Notes: a model not told the origin generated them from the letters alone. A stretch of 64,000 nt of DNA from a virus (IMGVR_UViG_3300047089_000307:32001-96000); one strand, 5' to 3'. Positions 8,041 to 17,692 are shown, numbered from the stretch's first letter. Program-made: numbers and translations.

Positions 8041-8065
8041 GCTGCGGTATCCTGGCCACCGCAGC
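8041..8065 (+). terminator. hairpin immediately after the last CRISPR repeat
   Basis: GCTGCGGT-9 nt-ACCGCAGC perfect 8-bp stem; no U-tract. Confidence 0.4.
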
Positions 8066-8080
8066 CGGGAGGAGCACGTG

Positions 8081-8290
8081 ATGACGCAGGTACCGCAGAC
8101 GGAGTCCCGCGGCGGCGACAAGCCGGACTGGGGCAAGGCCGTCGCCGGCGAGCCGCTGCCGCAGCTGGGCGAGGAGTACCCGGAGCCGGACAGCGGGCAG
8201 GCCCCGTTGCAGGACGGCCAGCCCTTGCGGCCAGAGGACAACCGGGGCGTTACGGAGCCTCCCGGCGGCAATGACCCGGAGTCGCAGTAG
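8081..8290 (+). CDS. small acidic hypothetical protein
   Basis: GGAGGAG SD upstream. Confidence 0.6.
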   Translation: MTQVPQTESRGGDKPDWGKAVAGEPLPQLGEEYPEPDSGQAPLQDGQPLRPEDNRGVTEPPGGNDPESQ

Positions 8291-8496
8291 TGGCGCACGG
8301 CGGCTTTCACGGCCAGGTGGGCCAGGGCGGCACCGGTCCGGACGAGGCGGTACCCGAGTGCCCGGTCTGCCACGCCTGCGGCGGCGGGGGCCACGGCGGC
8401 TTCTGCCCGAACCGGGACCAGCCTGACCCGGCGCGCTGGACGACCTTGCCGCCGGCCGGGTTCACCGCGGCGCCACCGCATGAAGGGAAGCCATGA
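8290..8496 (+). CDS. small Cys/His-rich hypothetical protein
   Basis: CPVCHACGGGGHGGFC; coupled to upstream stop. Confidence 0.5.
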   Translation: MAHGGFHGQVGQGGTGPDEAVPECPVCHACGGGGHGGFCPNRDQPDPARWTTLPPAGFTAAPPHEGKP

Positions 8497-8544
8497 GCGA
8501 CGAGACGGCAGCGACCGCACGCGAGCACCAGGAGGGGGCACCCA

Positions 8545-9108
8545 GTGAGTGACGCAGGCGAGCTGAGGTCCCTGATCGCGGACGTGATGAGGCTGGACCG
8601 CGAGTGGATGCGCAAGGCGACCGGGCGCGATGACCCGCGCAGCACCCCGTGGATGCCGTTCCCGCTGTTCGACTTCATCGCGCTGGTGGCCGAGGCGCTG
8701 CCGGAGTCGGCGGGAGACGCCCTCCTGGAGGTCGGCTGCGGCATCGGCACCCGGATGCGGGTCGCGCACGATCTCTACGGCCTGGACTGCCACGGCATCG
8801 ACCGTGTCCCCGAGTACGTCGCCCAGGCGACGGAGCTGCTCCCGGAGGGCATGCCCGGGGTCACCGCCGAGGTAGCGGACGCACTCGGCTGGGACGGGTA
8901 CGGCAAGTACGACCTCCTCTGGTTCAACCGGCCCTTCGCCGACCGCGTCCTCCAGCGCCAGCTTGAGGCGCAGGTCTGGAGCGACATGAAGCCCGGGGCC
9001 GTGGTGATCTGGGCCAACCTGGAGACGCCGCCGCCGCCTGCCTGGTGGCCGGTCCTGACGGAGACGAGCGTGCCCCGGGGCATCGTGCAGAAGCCGGTGG
9101 CGCCATGA
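8545..9108 (+). CDS. class I SAM-dependent methyltransferase
   Basis: LLEVGCGIG motif I, GID, VADA, YDLLWFNRPF, MKPGAV. Confidence 0.85.
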   Translation: MSDAGELRSLIADVMRLDREWMRKATGRDDPRSTPWMPFPLFDFIALVAEALPESAGDALLEVGCGIGTRMRVAHDLYGLDCHGIDRVPEYVAQATELLPEGMPGVTAEVADALGWDGYGKYDLLWFNRPFADRVLQRQLEAQVWSDMKPGAVVIWANLETPPPPAWWPVLTETSVPRGIVQKPVAP

Positions 9109-9404
9109 CCATGCCGCATCCCGGCGCCCGGCAGCTCGTTGACACCGGGAACCAGCTGCTCAGCAAGGCCCCCGTCACGCTGGACACCGGGTCGGTCGAG
9201 ACCCCCGAGGCGATACTCGGCGTGGTCACCTTCCGGACGGCCTCGGTCACGTTGACCGCCTTCCTGACGGCCGCGGAGCTGAAGGAGTGGTCCGGGCTGC
9301 TGGACGGCCTGGCGGACCAGCTGAGCGGCACCGGCCTGGTCAAGGCGTCCCCGCAGGACCTGAGCCTGCTCACTGCGCTGGCGCGCAAGAGGAAGCAGCC
9401 GTAA
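9105..9404 (+). CDS. hypothetical protein
   Basis: ATGA-coupled ORF. Confidence 0.55.
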   Translation: MTMPHPGARQLVDTGNQLLSKAPVTLDTGSVETPEAILGVVTFRTASVTLTAFLTAAELKEWSGLLDGLADQLSGTGLVKASPQDLSLLTALARKRKQP

Positions 9405-9582
9405 GGCCCGGGTCCTCCCGCTGGACTGGGAGCTGCGGGCTGCGGCGGGCTCGTGCGGAAAGCGGGGCTGTGACCTGCCCAGGACCAGCGGTAGCAGGCT
9501 AGACTAGCCCCAGCCGAGGTCTGAGGCTGCCCTGAAGCAGAGCCGGAAGCCGGGATGATCATCCTGGCTGGAGGCTCTCCGG

Positions 9583-9903
9583 GTGAATGTCCCCCTCCTG
9601 AAGGTCCCGTACGAGGACTGGCACTGCCCGAACTGCGGCATTGCCGAGCGCACGGCCGCACTGCCTCCGGGAGCGTCCCGGTTCCATGCCTGCCCCCGCC
9701 TGCACAATCTCACCGCGCCCCTGGTCCGCGCCGGGACGCGGTGCTCGGTCGTGGCCGAGGAGCGACAGGATTACGTCGGCCGTGAGGTCGTCCGCTACGG
9801 CGATGACGGCAAGGCGTACATGGCCGTGCGCACGGTTCGCGAGGACGGTGACGACCTGGTGGTTAACGCCCCGGTCGCGCAGGGCCGCATGGGGGACTGG
9901 TGA
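9583..9903 (+). CDS. hypothetical protein with CxxC..HxC motif
   Basis: WHCPNC..FHACP; codon bias. Confidence 0.6.
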   Translation: MNVPLLKVPYEDWHCPNCGIAERTAALPPGASRFHACPRLHNLTAPLVRAGTRCSVVAEERQDYVGREVVRYGDDGKAYMAVRTVREDGDDLVVNAPVAQGRMGDW

Positions 9904-10070
9904 GCCGCGAGGACGCTCCCCTGGACGGGGAGCAGCAGCCGGGAGAGGTTCCGGACGGCACGGTGCAGTTCCCCGTTCCGCAGGACATCCCCGCGTACAC
10001 CGTGCAGGCGGGCCTGGCCACCGCGCACGGTGCCTCCCCTGATTTCCAGGGCAACGGGGAAGAGGAATAA
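9900..10070 (+). CDS. small hypothetical protein
   Basis: GTGA-coupled; contains VQAGLATAHGASPD, one copy of the repeat found in 11828-15406. Confidence 0.45.
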   Translation: MSREDAPLDGEQQPGEVPDGTVQFPVPQDIPAYTVQAGLATAHGASPDFQGNGEEE

Positions 10071-10073
10071 GGC

Positions 10074-10589
10074 ATGGCCTGGACCGCATCCGCCATCTTC
10101 CAGCAGGCGATGCTCAACCCCATCGCCGGGCGCAGCTGGACTACTGCCGCGCCGACGACGTACTCCTCGCTGTCGGCCGACACGATCAACGTCTCCCTGT
10201 TCGGCACGCTGACCCCGGACAAGACTGCCGCCGTGGGCAGCACCGGGTACAACACGGGCGTCTGGGTCACCGGCTCCGAGATCACTGACGCGACCAACTG
10301 GGTGGCGGGCGGCCGGGCGCTGGGCTCCAAGGCGTTCGCGATCGACACCGGGTCGTCCTCGATCTGCTTCACCGCGGCGAACCTGGCCGGCGGCGGCACG
10401 GTCACGCTGACGGCATTCTTCGGCTGCTTCGTCTACGATTTCACGATCACGGCAGGCACGGTCGCCAAGCAGGGCCTCTGCTACAACTACTTCGGCGGCT
10501 CCCAGACGGTGACGGGCGGCACGTTCACCATCCTCTGGGCGACCCCGGTCGGCGCGGCCGTCACCGCCGTCTTCAACATCTCGGTGTAG
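10074..10589 (+). CDS. virion structural protein
   Basis: Thr/Gly/Ala-rich, beta-type composition; FGGSQTVTGGTFTI pattern recalled from phage structural proteins. Confidence 0.6.
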   Translation: MAWTASAIFQQAMLNPIAGRSWTTAAPTTYSSLSADTINVSLFGTLTPDKTAAVGSTGYNTGVWVTGSEITDATNWVAGGRALGSKAFAIDTGSSSICFTAANLAGGGTVTLTAFFGCFVYDFTITAGTVAKQGLCYNYFGGSQTVTGGTFTILWATPVGAAVTAVFNISV

Positions 10590-11161
10590 CCGGCGTGAGC
10601 ACGGTCCAGGTAGCTGAGCAGGCGGCGGGCACTCGCCACGTCGTCCTTCAGCAACCCGACCGCCCGGTTGCAGTTCACGCACAGCAGGCCGCGTACGCAC
10701 TTCCCGCAGGAGTCGGCACCTGGACAGCAAGCGTGATCGTGGTCGACGGCGAGCTTGTCTCTCCGGGGGCCGGGATTAAGGCAGATTGCGCATACCCCGT
10801 CCTGGGAGGCGAGCATTGCGTCGTAGGCGTCACGGGTCAGGCGATAGTGCGCCATGAGCCACCAGCTACGCTGCCGCGCCTGGCCGTCCGGCGTCTGGTT
10901 GTACTCCTGGCTGTAGCAGCGCACGCACTGGCCTGTCTTGTACGAGGCGCGTTTTCCGCATGCGCACCTGACCCACTCGTACTCAGGCCGTGGACTGCTG
11001 CGCGGGCGCATTTCTATCTCCGAGCGCAGCAGCGAATTACGGATAACTGCCCGGTTCACTCCCAGTTGCTCTGCGAGCTGCTTGAGCGTGAGCCGGTCAT
11101 CAACGTAAAGCTTGGCGATATCCGCGTCTTGCTCCGTAGAGAACTTTCGTTTGCGTCCCAT
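10487..11161 (-). CDS. endonuclease VII-family (His-Me finger) nuclease with N-terminal HTH
   Basis: YDAMLASQDGVCAIC..LAVDHDHACC..CVRGLLCVNCNRAVG; antisense to the structural operon. Confidence 0.88.
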   Translation of the reverse strand: MGRKRKFSTEQDADIAKLYVDDRLTLKQLAEQLGVNRAVIRNSLLRSEIEMRPRSSPRPEYEWVRCACGKRASYKTGQCVRCYSQEYNQTPDGQARQRSWWLMAHYRLTRDAYDAMLASQDGVCAICLNPGPRRDKLAVDHDHACCPGADSCGKCVRGLLCVNCNRAVGLLKDDVASARRLLSYLDRAHAGYTEMLKTAVTAAPTGVAQRMVNVPPVTVWEPPK

Positions 11162-11180
11162 GACGCAATGATATCAGGAG

Positions 11181-11771
11181 TTGAGTAAAGTTTCCGGATA
11201 TACCATGACTCAGCTGGAATTGCTTTACAATCTTCCGGCTGCGGTCACCAAGAACACCTACACCACGCAGGCGCCGATCTCGGCCATCGCGTCCACCTCG
11301 GTTCCCCGCGCCCTGATCCCGGCCGGCTACTTCAACGTGGTCGGCAAGTCCCTGCGGGTCAAGGCAGGCGGCACGATCACGTCGGTGGCGGGCACGGCCA
11401 CGTTCGTCTGGGCCTCGGGCCTGGACGCCACGGCAGGCACGATCGCCGGCACGGGCGGCGCGACCCTGTTCACGTCGCCGACGTACACTCCGGCGATCAC
11501 CACGATCTTCCCGTGGGACCTGGACATGGACCTCACCTGCCAGGCAGTCGGCAGCCTGGGTACCACGATCCAGTGCAACGGCTACCTGCGCGTGGCTGTC
11601 GTCGCCACGTCGGTGTTCTCCGCGGCCGGGCAGACGATGGCTTTCACCAACAACCTGACCGGCGTCAATAACGAGATCAGCCTGTTCCTGGAGCTGTTCG
11701 GCACCTGGAGCGTCTCCAACGCCGCCAATAGCACGACCCTCCAGGTCCTGAAGGTCTACGGCGAGAACTGA
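11181..11771 (+). CDS. probable virion structural protein
   Basis: Thr/Ala/Gly-rich; structural context; start uncertain (11181 or 11205). Confidence 0.55.
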   Translation: MSKVSGYTMTQLELLYNLPAAVTKNTYTTQAPISAIASTSVPRALIPAGYFNVVGKSLRVKAGGTITSVAGTATFVWASGLDATAGTIAGTGGATLFTSPTYTPAITTIFPWDLDMDLTCQAVGSLGTTIQCNGYLRVAVVATSVFSAAGQTMAFTNNLTGVNNEISLFLELFGTWSVSNAANSTTLQVLKVYGEN

Positions 11772-11827
11772 TCGGAGTGTAATTACGCGGACACATAGCG
11801 TGACCTGACCAGGAGGGAGGGCCGCGG

Positions 11828-14800
11828 GTGACCGCCACCTTTGACTCGGTCGGCCCGAGCTCCAGCGGCTTTACCTCCGCGGCGACGCCGTACTCGTGGT
11901 CCCATACGCTGGGCGCCGGCGCGACGCTGCTCATCGTGGGGCTGTCGTGCGGCACTGACGGCAACACGCTGACCGTCACCGCGGGCGGCGTGCCGATGAC
12001 CACTACCGCCGGGTCGACCGCCTGGAAGCGGCACACGAACGACGGCACCGCCGGGTTCGGGCAGATTTACGTGCTGCCCGCGCCGCCGACCGGCACGATC
12101 ACGATCGCGGTCTCGGGGGCGACGACCGGCGACCGGGTCAGCGGCGGATCGCTGGCGTTCGCGAGCACCCCCCTGGACTCCACGGCTTACGGCATCCCGG
12201 TTTCTGCCGCAGGGCAGTCCGCCTCCGCCACGGTGAACGTCACGACGACGGCGTCCTCCAGCCTGGTCGCCGCGTTCATGGCCTCCGGGCAGGGCGCCGG
12301 GGCCGTGAGCGGCACGTCTGCCAGCCGGTTCGTGGCCAACGGGGACACTAACTCCGGGGCCGGCAACGATGCCGGGCAGACCGCGCCGGGCACGGGCGGC
12401 AGCGTCGCCATGACGCGGGCGCTCACCTCTGACTTCTGGGCGATATTCGGCATCGAGGTGATGGCCGGGGCCGCTCCGCCAGGCGCCCCGCCAGCGCAGC
12501 CCGGCAGCCGGACGTGGCGCCGCAGCTTCCGCCGCAGTCAGTCCAGCGTCATCCAGGTCAGCCAGGATGTCGTGGCCACCGCCGGGCTGGCCACTGCCAC
12601 CGGGGCCGCGCCGGACGTGGCGTTTGCGACGACGACGCAGCCGGCGCCGGCGCAGCAGCTGGGCGGCGGGACGTGGAAGCGGCACTGGCGCAACCCGATG
12701 GTGCCGTGGTACCGCTTCCAGGAGCTGCCGTACATCACTGGCCTGGCGGGCGGGGGGCGCGGCTACTTCACCGACCAGTTCGGAAATCCCCGGCTGGTGT
12801 GGGGCGACGCCGTCTGGGCGCTGTGCGGCAACGCGGGCCGGTGGAACAGCGGCAACTGGCGGGCTGACTACGACACCTTCACCAGCAACCGCGCCGCGCA
12901 GGGCTTCACTGCCTTGTACGGCAAGCCGATGGGGACGCTCCAGTCCTCTAACATCGACAATAACGGCGGGACGTTCGACTCGCTGTTCCCCTTCCAGGGC
13001 GCGGCGCCGACTACGGGAACCGCCGGGGCCAACCCCAGCACCGGCCTGACCGAGGCGTACTGGCAGCGAATCGATTACTTCCTGGCCGTGTGCAAGGCCA
13101 AGGGCATCACGTTCTTCATGAACGCGGTGGGCTACGCCTCGGACTTCGTAGCAGGCGGTTCCGGGCCGCTGGCCAGCAAGAGCGCCGCGGAGTTCCAGGC
13201 GTACGGCGTCGCGCTCGGCAACCGGTACAAGAACCAGCCGAACATCGTCTGGATGGTCGCGGACGACTATTTCGGCGGATCTGACGACGCGCTGCTGGAC
13301 GGGTTCCTCACCGGGCTGCGCTCATCCGGGGACGCGCACGTCATCTCGATCGAGAACATGCCGGAGTCCACGAGCCGTAACACGCTGGACGCGTCTCCCT
13401 CGGTGGCGGCATGGGGCACCGCGAACGCCCAGTTCGACTTCACTTACTCCTATAACCAGGAGTACTACGGGGTCGAGCAGGCGTACAAGGAAGGCAGCCC
13501 TGTCCCGGTCATCCAGGGGGACGGGTACTTCTACCAGGGCAGCAACGCCTACGCGGGCGGCTCGGGGGCGTTCGCGTACGACCAGGCGTTCCGGCAGGCT
13601 GCCTGGTGGTCCCTGGCCGCCGGCGCCCGCGGCAAGGTCCACGGGTCGGAGTCCATCTGGCAGTACCAGTCCACTGCGCTGGCCAACTCGGCGACGGACT
13701 GGTTCTACGCGAACAACGCCCTGGTCATTCGCACGGTGGTCGAGGGCCTGACGGGGTGGCAGAACCTCTTCCCGGACCTCAGCAGCCAGCTGGTCACCGC
13801 AGGCCGGGGCACCAGGGCCAGCGCGTTCGCCTCCGGCGGCGGCGGCGGGCAGTACGAGGTGGCGTTCACCAGCAGCTACGTGGCCGCGTCGGCCACCCCG
13901 GATTACTCGCTGGCTTTGCTGTACCTGCCGCGGGCCACGACCATCACCGTCAATACCGCGCTGCTGGGACCGGGCTTCACCGCTAACTGGGTGGACCCGG
14001 TCAGCGGGGCGATGTCATCAGCAGGCACCGGGCCGGCGTTCAATTCCACGGCCAAGGGCAGCAACAGCCAGGGCGACCCGGACTGGGCGCTGGTGCTCCA
14101 GGGGCCGCCGGTCACGCCGTCCAGCGTGGTGCCCCCGCAGCCCGGCTCTGTCAGCTGGCGCAGGCAGTTCCGCAGGGTGCAGCAGCTCATGGCCAGCCCG
14201 GCGACCGGGGCCAGTCCTGACCTCCAGGTAACTGCCCAGCTGGCAACGGGCACGGGGTCCGCCCTTGCCCCCGGCGCCGGCCTTACCCCCCCGGTATCGT
14301 CCGGTGCCGGATCGGCAGGCGCCCCCGGCATCGGCCTGGCCGGCGGCTCCGCGGCCGGCAGCGGCGTGGCCCAGCCGCCGGGCGTGCAGCTGGCAACGGG
14401 CCTGGCCACGGGCGCCGGGTCAGCCGGGGCACCGGGCATCGGGCTGGCGGGGGGATCGGCTGCCAGTTCCGGCGTGGCCCAGTCGCCGGGCGTGCAGCTG
14501 GCAACAGGGCTGGCGACGGGCACAGGCTCCGCCCCGGGACCTGGCGCCGGCCTGGCCGCGGCGCTCGCGCCCGGCAGCGGCGCCGCGGGAGCGCCGGGCG
14601 TGCAGCTGACCCCCGGTGCGGCCTCCGGCACGGGCAGCAGCCAGCCCCCGCAGCCGCAGTTCGTGATGAGCGCCGGCCTCAGCCAGGGCACCGGGACGGC
14701 GCTCGCGCCCGGCATCGGCCTGACGGGCGGGCCGGCTGCCGGCAGCGGCGTGGCCCAGTCGCCGGGTGACGAGCTTACCCCGGGCCTTGCCGGGAGCTCT

Positions 14801-15406
14801 GCCGCAGCGGGCGCGGCCGGGACGGGCCTGACCCCGGGCCTGGCCAGCGGCACGGGCACGGCCTTCGGCCCCGGGACCTCAGTCGGCGGGAACCTTCAGG
14901 TCAGCGCGGGCCTGGCAGCGGGCACGGGCACGGCCCTGGCGCCGGGCACTGGCCTGGCAGGCGGCTCCGCGGGCGGCAGCGGCGCTGCGGCATCCCCTGG
15001 CGTGCAGCTGACGCCGGCCCTGGCCGGCGGTACGGGCAGCGGGCAGGGAGCCTCTTCTGCCTCGGCCGCCGGCGCCGCGACCGCCACCGGGACGGGCGCT
15101 GCCCAGCCTCCGGCAGGCGGCAATGCAACGGGCGCCGGCCTCGCGACCGGGGCCGGGGCGGCGCAGGCCGGCGCCAGGGCGCTAACCCCGGCCCCGGCCG
15201 TTGCCCTGGCGGCAGCGCAGCCGCCGTCCCTGTCAGTTACCGCTACCGCCCAGGCGGCCCTGGCGCCGGGCCAGGCGCTGAACGCCACTGCGCAGGGACA
15301 GGCCGCGGTCATCAAGGGCTACAGCACGGGCACGGCAGTCACGCAGCCATCGCAGGGATCAGCGGGCGTGAGCGCGACCGCGACGTCTCAGGGCGGGGTT
15401 ACGTAA
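11828..15406 (+). CDS. large virion-associated protein with DUF4038/apiosidase-like glycoside hydrolase domain and C-terminal Gly/Ala repeats
   Basis: GNPRLVWGDAVW, YWQRIDY, LGNRYKNQPNIVWMVADDY, RQAAWWSLAAGA, WVDPVSG..DWALVL; repeats like AGLATGTGSALAPG. Confidence 0.7.
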   Translation: MTATFDSVGPSSSGFTSAATPYSWSHTLGAGATLLIVGLSCGTDGNTLTVTAGGVPMTTTAGSTAWKRHTNDGTAGFGQIYVLPAPPTGTITIAVSGATTGDRVSGGSLAFASTPLDSTAYGIPVSAAGQSASATVNVTTTASSSLVAAFMASGQGAGAVSGTSASRFVANGDTNSGAGNDAGQTAPGTGGSVAMTRALTSDFWAIFGIEVMAGAAPPGAPPAQPGSRTWRRSFRRSQSSVIQVSQDVVATAGLATATGAAPDVAFATTTQPAPAQQLGGGTWKRHWRNPMVPWYRFQELPYITGLAGGGRGYFTDQFGNPRLVWGDAVWALCGNAGRWNSGNWRADYDTFTSNRAAQGFTALYGKPMGTLQSSNIDNNGGTFDSLFPFQGAAPTTGTAGANPSTGLTEAYWQRIDYFLAVCKAKGITFFMNAVGYASDFVAGGSGPLASKSAAEFQAYGVALGNRYKNQPNIVWMVADDYFGGSDDALLDGFLTGLRSSGDAHVISIENMPESTSRNTLDASPSVAAWGTANAQFDFTYSYNQEYYGVEQAYKEGSPVPVIQGDGYFYQGSNAYAGGSGAFAYDQAFRQAAWWSLAAGARGKVHGSESIWQYQSTALANSATDWFYANNALVIRTVVEGLTGWQNLFPDLSSQLVTAGRGTRASAFASGGGGGQYEVAFTSSYVAASATPDYSLALLYLPRATTITVNTALLGPGFTANWVDPVSGAMSSAGTGPAFNSTAKGSNSQGDPDWALVLQGPPVTPSSVVPPQPGSVSWRRQFRRVQQLMASPATGASPDLQVTAQLATGTGSALAPGAGLTPPVSSGAGSAGAPGIGLAGGSAAGSGVAQPPGVQLATGLATGAGSAGAPGIGLAGGSAASSGVAQSPGVQLATGLATGTGSAPGPGAGLAAALAPGSGAAGAPGVQLTPGAASGTGSSQPPQPQFVMSAGLSQGTGTALAPGIGLTGGPAAGSGVAQSPGDELTPGLAGSSAAAGAAGTGLTPGLASGTGTAFGPGTSVGGNLQVSAGLAAGTGTALAPGTGLAGGSAGGSGAAASPGVQLTPALAGGTGSGQGASSASAAGAATATGTGAAQPPAGGNATGAGLATGAGAAQAGARALTPAPAVALAAAQPPSLSVTATAQAALAPGQALNATAQGQAAVIKGYSTGTAVTQPSQGSAGVSATATSQGGVT

Positions 15407-15598
15407 ATGAGTGCCATCTGCAAGAAGACATCCTCGGGCGTGGACGGCCGGAGTTTTCATGTTGACCACGATCACGTCACAGGCGCAGTGCGCGGGCTGC
15501 TATGTCAGACTTGCAATGTCGGACTTGGAGCACTGCATGATGACGTGAACTTGCTGCGCGCTGCTCTCGCTTACCTGGAAGGGAGCGTGATGTCATGA
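15407..15598 (+). pseudogene. truncated endonuclease VII remnant
   Basis: [30 protein letters not shown]; N-terminal part missing. Confidence 0.7.
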
Positions 15599-16534
15599 CC
15601 GCCACGGTCTTCTTTTGACTCCGTTAACGAGATCGCGCTGCTCAGCAACACGTTCCTGAACAGCTCGCAGGCCGCGGCCGACCCCACGGCCGTCAGCTGC
15701 ACCGTCTCGGACCCGTCCGGGACCTCGGTCACGCACACGTTCGGCGGCGCGTCCCCCGCGGATATCGTCAAGGTAGCCACGGGCAAGTACACGCTGTCGG
15801 TGGCGTGCGCGCCGGCCATCGCGGGCGTGGACGGGCTGTGGCAGTTCGAGTGGGCCGGCACCGGGGCGGTCAGCGACGTCCAGCCGGGAACCTGGCGGGT
15901 GCTGCCGGCCAGCGTCGCCACCTGGTACATCGGGCTGGAGGAGTTCAAGGACCGGCTGGGCATCGCCGACGATAGCGATGACTCCCAGGCGCAGATCGCC
16001 ATCCAGACTGTCTGCGGGTGGGTCAACCAGTGGACCGGCCAGCACTTCAACCGGATCACCGAGGCACGCACGTTCGTGCCGCACGACATCTGCAAGGTCA
16101 ACATCGACCCGCTGGTGTCGGTCACCACGTTCCTGGTCGACCGCGACGGCAACGGCGTCTTCGGCGAGACCTGGACGCTGAACACCGACTACCAGCTGCG
16201 CATCGGGCCGGATTCCTACAACCTGAACGCGACCGGCATCCTGCGGCCGTACCGGCAGGCCGTCACCGTGCAGTCCGGTAAGCTCTTCCCGTTCATCTAC
16301 CCGTTCTCCCACCAGGACCGGGTGCAGGTCACCGGTACCTGGGGCTGGTTCGCGGTCCCCGCGGAGGTTGCCCAGGCGACGTTCATCCTCGCCGCGGACC
16401 TGTTCAAGATGAAGGATGCCCCGTTCGGCGTGGCGGGCGTCAGCGACTACGGCATTACCCGCATTCAGGCCAATCCCTGGCTCATCGAGCTGCTGCGGCC
16501 GTACAAGAACACAAAGCGGGCGGTCGGCGTATGA
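15595..16534 (+). CDS. head-tail connector/adaptor (gp6-like) with N-terminal beta domain; apparent +1 frameshift at TTC TTT TGA C (15610-15619)
   Basis: [43 protein letters not shown]; coding frame continues upstream to 15617. Confidence 0.75.
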
Positions 16535-16793
16535 TTCCCTCCTTCAAGGACGCGACTGCCGTACTCCGTCAGACCCTAACGGGGAAGGAAGAGCACGGTC
16601 ATGCTCATGAGGCGCCAACGTGGCTGCGCGTGCAGTTGCCGCGCTTGCGCGAATGGAGGCTGCTCGATGTGCCTTAACGGGCCCGCGCACTGACATGAGG
16701 CCGCCCGCAAGCTCGCGCCCTGTCCTGACGACGGCGAACTGCCCCGCGCTCGTGCCCGTGACGAACGTCAGGGCGGGCGGGAGGAGGTAAGCC

Positions 16794-17459
16794 GTGGCCA
16801 GGGCGCCGAAGGTCAAGAAGAAGTCCGCTGCCCAGGCTGCCGCGGGGAAGAAATTCGCGGCCGGCGGCCGGGCGGCCATGGCGTCCAAGCGCGCCGCTTA
16901 CGCCAAGAGCCACCATGGCGCGAAGCTGCCCCCGTCCAAGGCGCAGACGCAGGCGTCGATGAAGTGGGCGTCGGCCGGCCGCGCGGCCCAGGCGGCTAAG
17001 AAGCAGGGCAAGAAGCCGCCTGCCAAGGCAGCGGCCACCGCGCCGCCCGGCACCCGGCCTTCGCTGCCCGGCTGGTCGATGGGCTGCAACGACGCCGGGC
17101 CGACGTGCGCCTCGGCGGCCGTGGCCAACCACCTGCTCGCGAGCACGGGCCTGGAGATGACCGAGCAGGAGATAGCGCTGCTGCACATGCTGGCAGGCGG
17201 CGACGACGGCGCGGACATCCCGTCCGTGCTGGAGGTCCTGCTCGCGCGGCCCGCGCTGGTAGCCGGGGCCCGCGGCGGCCTCGCGCGGTTCTTCCAGGCT
17301 GACGAGCAGGTCATCGTCCCGGGCCTGGTCGTCGTGACCGACCTCGGGCACGCCCGGCACGCGGTGCTGTCCCACCCCGGCGGCATGGTGAGCTGGGGTG
17401 GCATCCGGCCCTGGGAGGGCAGCCCCCTGGAGGCGTGGGCGATCGAGTGGGCCGCCTGA
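16794..17459 (+). CDS. protein with basic Lys/Ala-rich N-terminus and papain-like C-terminal domain
   Basis: GGAGG SD; CASAAVANH..DDGADI..HAVL..VSWG. Confidence 0.5.
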   Translation: MARAPKVKKKSAAQAAAGKKFAAGGRAAMASKRAAYAKSHHGAKLPPSKAQTQASMKWASAGRAAQAAKKQGKKPPAKAAATAPPGTRPSLPGWSMGCNDAGPTCASAAVANHLLASTGLEMTEQEIALLHMLAGGDDGADIPSVLEVLLARPALVAGARGGLARFFQADEQVIVPGLVVVTDLGHARHAVLSHPGGMVSWGGIRPWEGSPLEAWAIEWAA

Positions 17460-17533
17460 ATGCATAATGAAGCGCGTTTATCGCCCGATAAAGACAGCAG
17501 GCTTTGCATCCGGGGCGGTATACGCTGTGCGCC

Positions 17534-17692
17534 ATGGCTGATGAGCCTCCCCGGGAAGACCCGATAACCGCCCTCCAGGTGAGCGCGGTGCAGCAGCATG
17601 AGATGTTCCTCGCCTGGCAGGTGGCGGGCTTCGATGCCGCCCAGGCCCTGGAGCTGCTGAAGGCCGTGATCATGGCCATGATCCTGAAGTAG
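17534..17692 (+). CDS. small hypothetical protein (leaderless)
   Basis: TACGCT-7 nt-ATG; HEMFLAWQVAGFDAAQALEL. Confidence 0.6.
   Translation: MADEPPREDPITALQVSAVQQHEMFLAWQVAGFDAAQALELLKAVIMAMILK

Noticed and set aside
7079-8077. ORFs with repeated peptides (SPHSPGSGSVAT, WQHCRSRVSEAT)
   Set aside because: Translations of the CRISPR repeats, not genes.
12361-12390. Partial similarity to the reverse complement of spacer 2/3 (CGGCAAC...GCCGGGCAGA)
   Set aside because: Needs a 3-nt gap and then diverges; expected by chance among GC-rich Gly/Ala codons. Not self-targeting.
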